DNA from: Saccostrea echinata
Lineage: Eukaryota
DNA: 64,000 bases
Direction: 5' to 3'
NCBI RefSeq assembly: GCF_033153115.1
Contig: NW_026889763.1
Span: 15,934,001 to 15,998,000, forward strand
Of the stretch, positions 24,254-36,246 are shown in pieces. Every line of letters begins with the position of its first letter. Position 1 is the stretch's first letter. The position numbers were made by a program, and so were the translations under genes. The notes under the pieces were generated by a model. The model ran no database searches and was not told the origin of the DNA. It saw only the letters and a program-made list of their open reading frames with translations.

Positions 24254-25926
24254 CTGGAAAAAAAAAACATTTGGCTTTAAATTCTAGGACACTTGAATTA
24301 GAAAGCAGCTATTCAGAGACAGAACATGAGAGAATATGTCGAGGAATAGCTGCAGAACTGTAGCGTTATGGTTTAATTTACATTTTAGTCTTTGACCATA
24401 AACTACAAAAGATATCAAGGGACAGTGCTCTAGGATATGCCAGTTAATCCAAATCAATGTCATCCGTATGTCAATATAAGTAGTTAATCCATATCAATGT
24501 TATCTGTATGTCAAATAAAATTTTGTTTTACTTGTACCTCTGTTTTTTTTTTTAAAGTCATACTCATTTGTAAACGTAACTTGTATTTCTCGACTAGCTA
24601 CAGAACTGTAGCGTTAATATGGTTTTATATTTTAGACTTTGACCATAACGCTACAGATATGATGCAATTTACGGCGCAAGATTTTCTGCGCAACGGCTGG
24701 GGATTCATGTATTTCTCCACTTTAGAGCATGGTCAATCAACTATCTTTTATTCCTTAATTCTAGGCATATTCTATTTCCAACCTTTTTTATTAAGGAATA
24801 AAGGGACTCAATGTAATGCCATATACATGTAAAGCTTCCTGGTGTAAGGGAGATAATTCAAATTACTCATCACCTCTGTATTGCCTATAGACTCAACATT
24901 ATTTTATGTTTTGTATTGCTGTATGTTTATGTATTTTCTTGTCCCCTTGAGCGTTTACAAATTATACTTGTATCTATGTTATGCCCCCAGTGGGACCATG
25001 ATTGGCAAATAAATTTTATTCTATTCTATATTACAGTATACTATAAAACTTTTGTTTAAATTAATTAGTGGAGAGTCTTCTAACTATGAGTTATAAGATT
25101 TGGTTTACAAACTCATGGAGCCACGGAACAACTGCTTTTATACATTTGATTATAGGCATTCTTCACTCCTTGTTCGTCCATCTCCTTTATGATTTTGCCA
25201 TGGGTAATTTTGCAGATATTTTCCAATCTACCCCCCGGGTTCTTAAACTTATTTTGCATTTAGATCTTACATAATTACAGGGGATCTGACACAGCCTTGT
25301 GCATGTCATTGTGCTCACTAATATCGGACTGCCAAACGTAAATTTTTAGAACTGCAAGAACAAAGGAATGACGACACAGCAATGTTTAAAATATTTTTTT
25401 TTGATGAAAACTCATTTTATTTTAAGAACAAGATATAAAGCAGCATTCACGATTTTTTTAAGAATGCTTCTTAAAAATGAAATCTGTGTTGGGGTAGGTC
25501 AAAAATTCAAAGTTTGACCATCCTACCGAGATGTTGAGTAAAGTAAGGAAGATTCTTGGATCGATGAGAAGATTTTCTATATGTCAATTTGTACGTGTAC
25601 GTGTGTACAATATTAATAGTCCTTAAGAATGAATTTTCTTCATTGCAATATATGTGTGGTACTTAATCTTTGAATAACTACTCGTGAATTATGAACCCAT
25701 TTTATGAGGACTTCGATTTATATTTTCAATTTATTTCACAATTTAATTATTGTTAGTGAACTAGATTTAGGACAACTGCTTGTGTATGGATTAATTTTAT
25801 AAATATTACCCTGCGCATGGGAATGTTGCCAAAATTGCTTAAAACAGTTCACAAATATAAAAAAAATCGTTTATCATAGATGAATGAGTAAATATTTTAC
25901 GGCTTTTACATACTTCTGTGACCTAC

Positions 25927-26061
25927 CATCTTGACACGAAGGTGGTTCATAGCCTGGACGGCATACACACTCGCCAGTAAAGGCACTGCAGCTACTGGCG
26001 TGACCCGTAGTACATTTACAACGCAAACTGCACCCAGATCCATAGTTAGGGAAAGCACACT
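25927..26061 (-). CDS. Draper/MEGF10-like receptor, EGF exon 5
   Basis: ECAFPNYGSGCSLRCKCTTGHASSCSAFTGECVCRPGYEPPSCQD. Confidence 0.9.
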
Positions 26062-26199
26062 CTGCAATTGACAGAAAGAATTACCTACATACCATTGCGC
26101 GATAAATTAATTAAATTTTCGACACGTATTCGTATTTTTTTAAAGAAGAGTAGAACTCTCAACCTTTTTAAAACAAATTATTTGCACACATTATTTGAC

Positions 26200-26665
26200 G
26201 CCGTAATTGTACGAAACAATGACATATGAAGATAACGAACAATAATCATGCTCAAAAGTCTATTGAAACAATGCAAATTGTGAGCAGAGCAAAATCAAAG
26301 AGATGGGATCAGGTGCCATGGACAAGTAAGCAATTCCTTTTGACCGCCTCTCTCCGTGCTCTTCATCATGATCGGGTAAACGGAGAACTCCATAATAAAG
26401 TCAGTAACAAAATAATGGCCTAACAATATGTTTGAAAGACGTCAGTCAACATTCGACCTAACAACAGGTCAATATTCGACCTAACAACAGGTCAACATTC
26501 GACCTAACAACAGATTCTATTTACAAACAAGGATATTGTACATGTAGATACCCAGGAATCATCAGCTTGTTAAAATACGAAGCTTGTTTCGTTTTAGGAA
26601 ATGTTCGTACGTAGAACATGCTCTTGCGTATCGAATCAACTGAGACATAAACACCCTATAAAGTT
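26200..26665 (-). mobile_element. Penelope-like element 3' fragment
   Basis: YRVFMSQLIRYARACSTYEHFLKR plus a degenerate copy of the 3' motif seen at 16905. Contains an internal 22-bp triplication at about 26445-26510. Confidence 0.7.
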
Positions 26666-27016
26666 GATAAAGGTATATTGCTACATAAAAAAACTCAACA
26701 ATTAACAAATTATCATGCTTGCTCAAGTCACCTTGAATTTGAAGAAAAATTAATACAATTTGAACATGCACATAAAGCAACTTAAGCCAATCCTGTGCAA
26801 ACTGTAGCACTATTCGAGGTACTTGCACATGATTTTTACGTTTGTAGACCTACAGACAATAATCTTACCAATGAAATACCACTACTGAATTGAATATCTT
26901 AATCTACTTACCTTGAAATACAAAACTTACTCTTGAAAATCTCTTATTTGCACCATCACAAAAAGAACATGACTCCCCCCCCCCCTCCCCAACCTCTCCC
27001 CTCCCTCACCACTTAC

Positions 27017-27157
27017 CCCTCGAACAATCCGCCTTAGGGTCGTATCCTAACCTGCAGTTGCAGGATCCATCCACATTACTACAAGGGGAGGCAGAATTTT
27101 TATCATCACATGTGCATGTCTTTGCACACCGAAGACCATACGTGTTGGTTGGGCAAC
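27017..27157 (-). CDS. Draper/MEGF10-like receptor, EGF exon 4
   Basis: CPTNTYGLRCAKTCTCDDKNSASPCSNVDGSCNCRLGYDPKADCSRG. Confidence 0.88.
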
Positions 27158-27301
27158 CTTAATGTTCAACATAATTCAAATCCTATACAAAACGCTTACA
27201 ATAGATTTAGGAAAAATTAAAGCGTTTGAAAACCAACAAAATCTTATTTTTAATTTTTAAAAAATCAATTTTTACTTTTTATGAAAACACTACGGACTTA
27301 C

Positions 27302-27433
27302 TTTTTTCACAGTTTGTTCCGTTGTATCCAGGTAAACACGTGCATGACCCACTGACAAAGTTACACGTGCTGGTTTGGTTCTTAAGACACGTGCACGACT
27401 TACACCCGTCTCCAAACGTGAAAGGTGAACACT
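27302..27433 (-). CDS. Draper/MEGF10-like receptor, EGF exon 3
   Basis: CSPFTFGDGCKSCTCLKNQTSTCNFVSGSCTCLPGYNGTNCEK. Confidence 0.9.
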
Positions 27434-28677
27434 CTGTAATAAAATGATATTATTCTAATAAATACTAAAATAGTTACCACATTTTGGTCAGTTATCTGTA
27501 AACTGTAAAACAAGGGAAGCAATTGTGATGCGATTGCATGAATATGTTAACTTATACTCTTTTAATGCCTTGAGAACGTGAACTGTCATCCAACGACAGC
27601 TAGAAATTGTGAACACTTTCAACCAAACATTTGTTAGATGTTAATGGTCAAGCTCCAGACAGCTCAGTATTAAGTTACGCTACAACTCCATATCATTATT
27701 ATTAGCATTATTCGTAGGGAAAGTAGTCCCGGAGAATTGACACTGTTTGGAATAGGGAAAGTAGTCCCGGAGAATTGACACTGTATGGAGTAGGATAAAA
27801 CCAAAGACTTCCGAGTATTCCATTCCGAGGTCTCTGGTTTTATCCTTCGTTTATAACCCCAACCGGAAGCTTTTGTATCTCATTCAAAGTCATATTTTGT
27901 ATCGAGGTAATATTCGAGGAAGAAATGAGTGGTTTACAAGAAAGAAGCTCGATCAGAGACGTCTGAAACGATTTAATTAACAAGAAAAAGTCTTTCGAAG
28001 CGAAAGATGTCATTTTAAAGTAGGTTAATGATTGATATATAGACAAAATACGAGCTTGAAGTGGAGGTGCCTGAAATTGAGTTAGGTACCTTGTGCTAAA
28101 AATAAGTAGAGGGTGCCCCGTATACGACGAAACAAGTGCCTGTGGCTTTCAACCTATAGTTTCGCACCATTGAAAAAGATTATCCTTTATCCTGTCTGAC
28201 GTTTCTGGAGACAGGCAATAAATAACGAGCACATTGTGCGCTAAAACGGGAGTTTTGTCTCAATTAAATATTGTATCATATATTAAAAACAATTATTGCT
28301 GTTTTTAAAGGGCTAGGTAAATATTGTACTTTTCGGGTGGCTAAATCATGGTATTGACCTCAAAAAACAGCAACAATGTTCTCGAAGCATGCGTGAGGTG
28401 TCCTCTGTATTTTGGTACAAACTAAAATTTTCTCCTCGACGCTTCCTATCAGATTTTGCAGCAACTTTAAAAAGTATCGCACTATTCTTGGGAAGCCTCG
28501 TGTGATGTTATTCGAAATTTTCTATGACATGGTTCACTAATCAACAATTAAAAAAAGGAAAGTTTCGAGCAAAGTGAGAGGGTGTCTTTGTAAAGCTTTT
28601 CCTCAATTATCTTTGAAACTCAGTGCGATTTATAATGCACAGTATTCGAAGTTGAAAATAAAATTCCTGTAGCTTAC

Positions 28678-28812
28678 TTTGTGCGCATGTGGATCCTGTG
28701 TAACCTGGCGAGCACGTGCACGCTCCTGTTATGTGGTGACATGACTTGAACTGCCCCGCTACGCAAGTGCAGCTTGACTTGCACCCTGCTCCAAAGGTCC
28801 CTGACGAACACT
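28678..28812 (-). CDS. Draper/MEGF10-like receptor, EGF exon 2
   Basis: ECSSGTFGAGCKSSCTCVAGQFKSCHHITGACTCSPGYTGSTCAQ. Confidence 0.9.
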
Positions 28813-29409
28813 CTAGATATAATGAAAGAGAGTTTGACTAATGAGGTTTTTTACTATATTTCTTGTCACAGACACTATAGCAGGAGCTTTATTAGACTAC
28901 CAGATAAAAAAAATGGTTTGGATGTACATGTATTTGCAATATATATCATAATTAAAAAAAGAATCTTAATCGTGCTGCAATAAGAAGTCTTTTTAAGAAA
29001 CATCCGCCTTAAATGTCATTTGGAGCTTATGAGACAGAAGCCTAAATTCCAAAAAACTTGCTGAACTTCTACATAACATTACACGCAAAGGAGGTCTTTT
29101 CCTCAAAGAAGGAGATTTCATGAAAATCCTAAATTAGAAACCACACCCTCTTAGAACAGCATATTGCCCCGAAATTACCAATTGATACTGCATTTCTTCA
29201 GTTATTCAAAGCCAGTCATATTCAAAGGGATCATTAAAATGTGCATGTGTAGGAGGATATCTGGGGAGTAGAAAGTGTGACATCCGGGCGGAGGGACGGA
29301 CAAAGGCAACAACAAGCAAATTCAAAGAATTGTGGTCCCCCGCTTTTGATGTCTTAGTGGTAGGGATGCAATTATTTATGGCATATTGTAACTGTCTTGT
29401 TTGTGTGTC

Positions 29410-30470
29410 CTTCAAACTTCTAGGTTAAGGTAATGAATTCAAAAATGATATAAAGTACCTTTCTGAAAGCTGTTGTCATAGATAATGCACATATAAAAAA
29501 TATGAAAGCCCTATATATTCTTTCATTCAAAAGTTTTTGCCAATGTAAAAAAGATGAAGACTGTAGGTTAAACTCTAAGGTCAAGGTCACGAGGTCAAAA
29601 ACCAGAGTACATTAGGATAAAGCACATGTCAAATATAAATACCCTATTTTCTCTCATTCAAAAGTTATCACCAATGTCAATTTTTTCGAAAATTTGGTCA
29701 AATTTCAAGGTAAAGGTCATGGGGTTAAAAATCACAGTACATTTGGAAAGTCTTGGCACTGGTAATGCACATGTCAAATATGAATGGCCTCTCTTCTCTC
29801 CTTCAAAATCTAGCAGCAATGATAATTTTTTTTAAAAATTAGGTTAAACTTCAAGGTCAGGGTCACATGGTCAAATATCATAGCACATTTCATTTTGAGA
29901 CTTCTTGTCTCAGGTAATGCACTTGTGAAATATAAACGCCCTATTTTCTCTCATTTAAAAGATATCACCAATGCTACTTTTTTAAATCAGGTCAAACTTC
30001 AAGGTCAAGGTTTATAAAATAAAAAAAAAATAAGGCATATTTGCAAAACTCCTGTGAAATGTAATACACATGTGAAATATGAATGCTCTATCCTCTCTCA
30101 TTCAAACGTTTAAACCAATGTTAAAATTTTGAAAAGGTCAAACTTCAAGGTCAAGGTCACAAAGTCAAAAATCATATAGTACATTTAGAAAGGTCTTGTC
30201 ACAGAAAATTACATGTGAAATATAGAAGCGGCTTCAAGCCCTATCTCTTCTCATTTAAAAGTTATGACTTAGGTAAAAGTAATGTTATTTTTTTTAAGTA
30301 GGTCAAAGTTCTTGGTCCAGGTCACGGGGTCAAAAAACATAAGATATTTGGAAAGGTCTTCTCACAGGTAATGTACATGTGAAATATGAAAATCCTACCT
30401 TTTCTCATTCAAAAGTTATGACCAAGGTTAAAGTTTTTGTGAAAGCGGAGGACAATAATATACTGAATAT
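29410..30470. mobile_element. HINE-like satellite array (AAGGTCAAGGTCAC monomers, ~120-140 bp)
   Basis: Degenerate tandem monomers similar to those at 52348-53378. Confidence 0.7.
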
Positions 30471-30487
30471 TGTCTGGGTGATCTGAC

Positions 30488-30622
30488 CTTGACTACAGGT
30501 GGAACCAGTATACCCGTCCTTACATCGACACGCTCCATTGATATTGTCACAGCTGAGTGATTTACTCTGGTCACATGCGCATTTCAAGGTACAGTTGGCT
30601 CCATACTGGAAATTAGTGCAAG
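30488..30622 (-). CDS. Draper/MEGF10-like receptor, EGF exon 1
   Basis: PCTNFQYGANCTLKCACDQSKSLSCDNINGACRCKDGYTGSTCSQ. Confidence 0.9.
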
Positions 30623-30937
30623 CTGAATAAAAAGTATAAAAATAAATAAAATTAATTTAAATATAATGAAATAAAAAGGTCTACATTTTTTTTTACATAA
30701 TATATCAAATATGTACATGTAATTGTTTTACTAATTTACTGGTCATTTGGCGTATTGTTTACTCGTATTTTCAAGAAACTTGTAGATGGTCGAGTTTGTT
30801 TAAATGTTGTCAAGATTCAATAAAAATTTATTTTCAGTAATGATATTCTTAAAAAGTGTCCCCAAATGGTAGTCAAATGGGCTTAAATCCACTTTTTTTT
30901 AAACTGTGCATTTGTTATGAAATTTCCTGTTACTGAC

Positions 30938-30999
30938 GTTTGCATGTTAGTCCCTTCGTTGAATTCGATACAAATCCAGTGCAACAAACGGTCACGTTC
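30938..30999 (-). CDS. Draper/MEGF10-like receptor, N-terminal CCxGF (EMI/NIM-like) exon
   Basis: NVTVCCTGFVSNSTKGLTCK, phase 2-1. The CCxGY/F motif is characteristic of the Nimrod/Draper superfamily. Confidence 0.75.
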
Positions 31000-32517
31000 C
31001 TGTAAAAATAAAATAGTGAGCATGTGAAAAGTGTTTCATGAAGATAACAGCCTTATTTTCTTAAACTTTTAATATTACGTTTAGAATGGATAGAACGTGT
31101 CGTGCCACCAACCATAGAGTACGTTAAAATTAACTTTTTTTTTTTTTTTTTTTTTTTGTAATTGCAGATATTCCCAATGGGAGATTGATCTAATCGTGAA
31201 AACATCTGTGCATTTGGGGGACCTCTTATTTCCTTCCCTTTTTTCCTTAGTGATTTATTTTGATTTTTCGGGTAAGACTAATTTGAGACAGGTTTAACTG
31301 TACTAGTTACAAAGATGTAATTACTTTGTAAGTTATTTTTGCTCTATACATGTATTTTAATTTTCACAGACAGAAAAAAAAGGTGGGAGTATTTGGCGTG
31401 TAATCTACAGAAATCAAATGATCGAATCATTCAAAGTTTAAATGTCCAAGTCAATGGTCGGCTGACCACAGCTGGGCAGAGTTTACTAAAGCAACGCAGA
31501 TAAGATTACATTGAATGAATTGTCAAAAAATATGAGATTTAGGTCTGCTTATATTTACATTACGATAATATATGTAACAGCTATCAAATTGAAGGTATAG
31601 TAAAATACGAATGTTTTAAAATTCTAGTGGGTAGGATTTACTAGTAATTGCTTTTGATCTCGGTGCAACAGAATCAAATTTTAACTTTAATTTAAAATTC
31701 TTTAAAAAATTGAAAATAGAATCAAACTGACAAAAGACTAGACTGTTTGTTTGTTTTGGGTTTTTTCCTTAAATAAACGCACCAAACGAGGATGGAACCT
31801 ACACATACCGATTCCTCAACGTCAAGGACAAGTAACGTATACCACCGTGCTATCGTCGCTGAACATACAGTAATATGGTTTTAAAACAATAATGAAGCAG
31901 AGCATTTCCACAATATTATTTTTTATGGTCTCGGGGTTGTCTCTCCATTATTTCTTTGAGTTAAAATGCACACAAATAATTTTCAAAGTCATGGAGCGAC
32001 GGCCCAGAGATAGCAAATTTATGAAAAACGTGTGTAAAAATGTAATATTTTGTACCACATAATTCATCTTACCATATTTCAAGGCATATTTGAGAAATTT
32101 AAAACACAATAACGGGAAAATATTTCCCCTTCATTTATCACAAGAACCCGAATTTTAAATAGAATGCTAAATTAATCTGAGTCGCATGAATGCTTTTCAA
32201 GTGCGCCCAGATTCCTGTCGAATCAATCAAAAGCGCCCTCATTCTTTGGAAAGAAAAGTGCTGCTTTATCTTTTCTGGGAAAAAAGCACCTATTGTTTAC
32301 TCTGTCAGTTCGTTCAACAATATACCAAATTCAGAAAATATCATACATTGCCTGGCTTTCGGACAAAAATGACGTCATTATCGAAAAAAAAGTGACAATT
32401 TTTGTGCAAGACTTTTCTCATGTAAAAGTATTGCAAGTCAAACGTTGCAGTATTCGATCTTTTCCATTTGCATTGTAAAATTTTGCAACGTTTGACATGC
32501 TATATGAAAGGTAAAAT

Positions 32518-32690
32518 TAACGAACACTGATTAATCTCAAAAATCCGGTAAACAAAATGAATCGTGAACAGGACAAATAGACGGACCTGGAAACACCATG
32601 CAGGGGTGGAATCAGGTGCCTAGGAGGAGTAAGCATCCCCAGTTGACCGGTCACACCCGCCCTGGGCCTTATGTATTGATCAGGTATATC
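32518..32690 (-). mobile_element. Penelope-like element 3' UTR fragment
   Basis: On the - strand: GCGGGTGTGACCGGTCAACTGGGGATGCTTACTCCTCCTAGGCACCTGATTCCACC, homologous to 16915-16975. Confidence 0.75.
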
Positions 32691-33085
32691 TAATACTCCT
32701 TTGTCAATTTTTAAATAACCTGGTAACGTAATAGAAACCATACATTGCAGTTTGTAAATGACTTCCGCCTCTAAAGGTTTTTGCTTTTTTTTCCAGAGCA
32801 GAATCATATATATACATGTATATGTAAAACATAAGAGAATAATAACCCCTTCACTCTATCTTTAAACACACACACACACACACACACACAACAGAGGGAA
32901 AGCGTATTTCCCTTGGCAGGATTTTGACAAAAGAATATTTTTTTTAAAATTTAGAACAAATTTTGATTTTTGGAATATGTTAAGCTTTTGAAAAATTTCC
33001 TTTACTGTTTTTAAGCTATATACACACTGTAACAATAAAATAAAATATCAAAATATTAAGACATCACCTTTATTGAGTTTCTTAT

Positions 33086-34230
33086 ATACATGTTGAACTT
33101 TGATATCTCGAACACTGATATCTCGAATACCATGGATATGTCGAAGTTGTTTGGAAGTCCCAACCACTTATTCTTTAAGCATTTTACCTATGATATCCAG
33201 GGTTGGCCGGGAAATACCAGTAGTGGGAATTACCAGTGGTAAATACCGGTATTTCCCGTCCCGGGAAATACTACAAATTTTCTCTAAACTGGGAAATATT
33301 GGGAAATACTGGGAAATACTACATTGTTAAACTTTTTATTTCTTTAATTCATTCAATTTTATACAAAATTCAGAAATAAAATAAATATAAAAATGGATAA
33401 TGAATAATATTGAATATGTCTCAAACTGCAATTTAACATAATTATTCAGAATCCAGGTCCTCCACCCATAAGGATGCATTCTGAAGCTGTTCACATTTCC
33501 TTGGCTGTATATTAAAAAACAAAATAGAAGTTTTCCAATTCAAGTTTCTTTTCAGTTTTGTAAAATTATCAAGTTTATTAATTATAAACCCAAGAACAAA
33601 ACACACTTGTTTTAATTTTTCTATAAACACTGTAGTTATTATAATCAATGATTATCATGTTGTTTTAACAAATTGCTCTGGACAGTTTTGTGCTCCTGTT
33701 TGAGATATAATTACCTTGAGTAGAACTGAAAAGCCTCTTCTTAGGTTTGATATTTACACCACACTCTACATTTAACAATGTTCTTAGAACCTTCTTTGGT
33801 TACATAAAAACCCAATAGGGATCTTTGGGTTCATTAAATGGAAGTTTATAGACTGATTATATCTGACTCAAACATGAATCAAATAAAACAAATGACACTT
33901 ATGACTGGTATATGAATATACTGTGTTATGATTATATTGAAAGAATTACTTGGACACCAGAAATTTTCAAATCAGAGACAGTGATACCAGGTAGATATCT
34001 TAGCCAATAAGGTGTTCTACATGTCAATACCCCCCACAAATATAATTAAAATTATGAAATACATAGGTATTTCTTTTTTCCCAGTATTTCCCGGGAAATA
34101 CCAGTAATTCCCGGTAATTACCAGTATTTCCCACCTTCCTGGGAAATATGAGTATTTCCCGGTTTTTTGCCAACCCTGATGATATCTCGAATCCTCGGAT
34201 ATCTCGAAGTTTTTTCTCGGTCCCATCGAG
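33086..34230. mobile_element. Tc1/mariner(pogo)-like MITE end with GATATCTCGAA subrepeats, interrupted by another MITE
   Basis: Begins TACATGTTGAACTTTGATATCTCGAAC, resumes after 34178, and runs into an N-gap. Confidence 0.55.
33198..34178. mobile_element. MITE with 8-bp TSD (hAT/P-like), 981 bp
   Basis: TIR CAGGGTTGGC / GCCAACCCTG, subterminal GGGAAATAC repeats at both ends, and an exact TSD ATGATATC. Confidence 0.9.
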
Positions 34231-36088
34231 NNNNNNNNNNNNNNNNNNNNNNNNNNNNNNNNNNNNNNNNNNNNNNNNNNNNNNNNNNNNNNNNNNNNNN
34301 NNNNNNNNNNNNNNNNNNNNNNNNNNNNNNNNNNNNNNNNNNNNNNNNNNNNNNNNNNNNNNTATAAACATTTTTAAGCTACATACCCATTCTGACATTC
34401 GGATTTCTGTGCCACAGAAAAGTATAAAAGTTCCACAACAATCAGAACACAAGCTTTTATCAACATTTTAATTGTCATTTTACAAGACGGAGGATGGTTT
34501 AACTTCCGGGATGAACGACAAATAACTTCTTGGTCATTTGCAAGTTTTAACTTCCTTTAGCACTAGGACATTCCCTCTTGAACCAGATAAGGGTTTGATT
34601 TGTTACATGGGTCATGATTTTAATTACTGTACATTACTTTTTATAAATATTCTATTATCACAGTCCTGAGAAAGATTTCCTTGTGTTGTATATGACATGC
34701 TTGGCTTGGGGGGCTCTCAGATACCGAATAATGATATCAGGCTTTATCTAACATTTATTTAAATATGCACTGTTATTTTCCTCAACTTAACGCTCAAGGC
34801 TAAGTTCTCACTTTAACCCACTTGAATAACTTTCGTGAATCGGGATGGGTACTAAATTTTGATGCACATACTGGTTTGTGAATGATAGATTCTGATTGGA
34901 TAATAGTCTAGTCACATGATTGACATGACACCGGTGCTCCACATTTTACTTTATAAAGATGAATTTATTTTCAAGTCTTTTTTATAGCCGTCCTTCTTAC
35001 GGAAAAAGTAGGATTCGGCATCCGAACCCCGATTTTGTATATATCCACACACCAACACCTACGCAGTGACTTATGCGAGTTTAGATCAGGTTCATACGAA
35101 AGTTTCACTTTTACGCCAGAAAGGCATTACCTTTGGTAATTTGAGGTCATTGGGTAATAATCTTATCAATACACTGGTGTTTTACATGATTTCCTTGACT
35201 AATTTTCACAAGAAACTTATTTAAAACATATACTTCAACCATATGCACGCTGAATTAAGGACTATATTACGCTACCGCAAAATCCGGATTAAGTTCCCAT
35301 CTTTAGTGCTATTATCAATACATAGTTTGAAATTAAAAGATATACACTCGGAAACCGACCTGCACATGAAGTAACAATTTTGACTTAATTATTCAATATT
35401 TCCATTTCTATTTGTTTTCTCTGTGATAACTCTTTGAAAGTTATAGTTGAGTTGATTTCTTGATCATTCTACCGGAATGTAAATTTCGCCAAGCGAAAGG
35501 TCAGGAGCTAAGAAGGCCTAATATGCATGCAATTCTCGTGCGGCTGTCTTGGTGTTTGACGTCAGTGGGCGGGGACTACTGAAATTGACATAGATAAGAT
35601 AAGATAAGATAAGATATGTTTTATTACTAATTCAGTGCCCAAATGAGCATAAAGAGAACAAACTTACAAGAGAAAGGCCTAAAATATAGTTGAAAGAAAA
35701 AGAGAGAAAGAAAAAAAAAATCATTTAGACATACATGCACCTATACAAACATATACATAAAANNNNNNNNNNNNNNNNNNNNNNNNNNNNNNNNNNNNNN
35801 NNNNNNNNNNNNNNNNNNNNNNNNNNNNNNNNNNNNNNNNNNNNNNNNNNNNNNNNNNNNNNNNNNNNNNNNNNNNNNNNNNNNNNNNNNNNNNNNNNNN
35901 NNNNNNNNNNNATCAACATTAAGATGACAATTAATGCACATGCATTTTCAAACTTAATGTTTATAAGATAGAATATAACAAAAATTTGACATATTGACAT
36001 ATGAGGCCTCGTGTAATTTAAATCGATTAGTCTACATTTTTAAAATATAAATTTACAATTTTATTTCACAATGAAATGGAAATATAAT

Positions 36089-36246
36089 GAATCACTGTCT
36101 AGTTAGTAGAGTATGCCAGGGACATCAACGATAGTTGGAAACGTGGGATAATTTATGCATAACGGGCTTCGCCCGTTATGCAAATTATCCCACGTTTCCA
36201 ACTATCGTTGATGCCCTGGCATACTCTACTAACTAGACAGTGATTC
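36089..36246. repeat. ~158-bp near-perfect foldback
   Basis: Arms of about 77 bp, GAATCACTGTCTAG...AACGGGC-TTC-GCCCGTT...CTAGACAGTGATTC. Confidence 0.95.
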
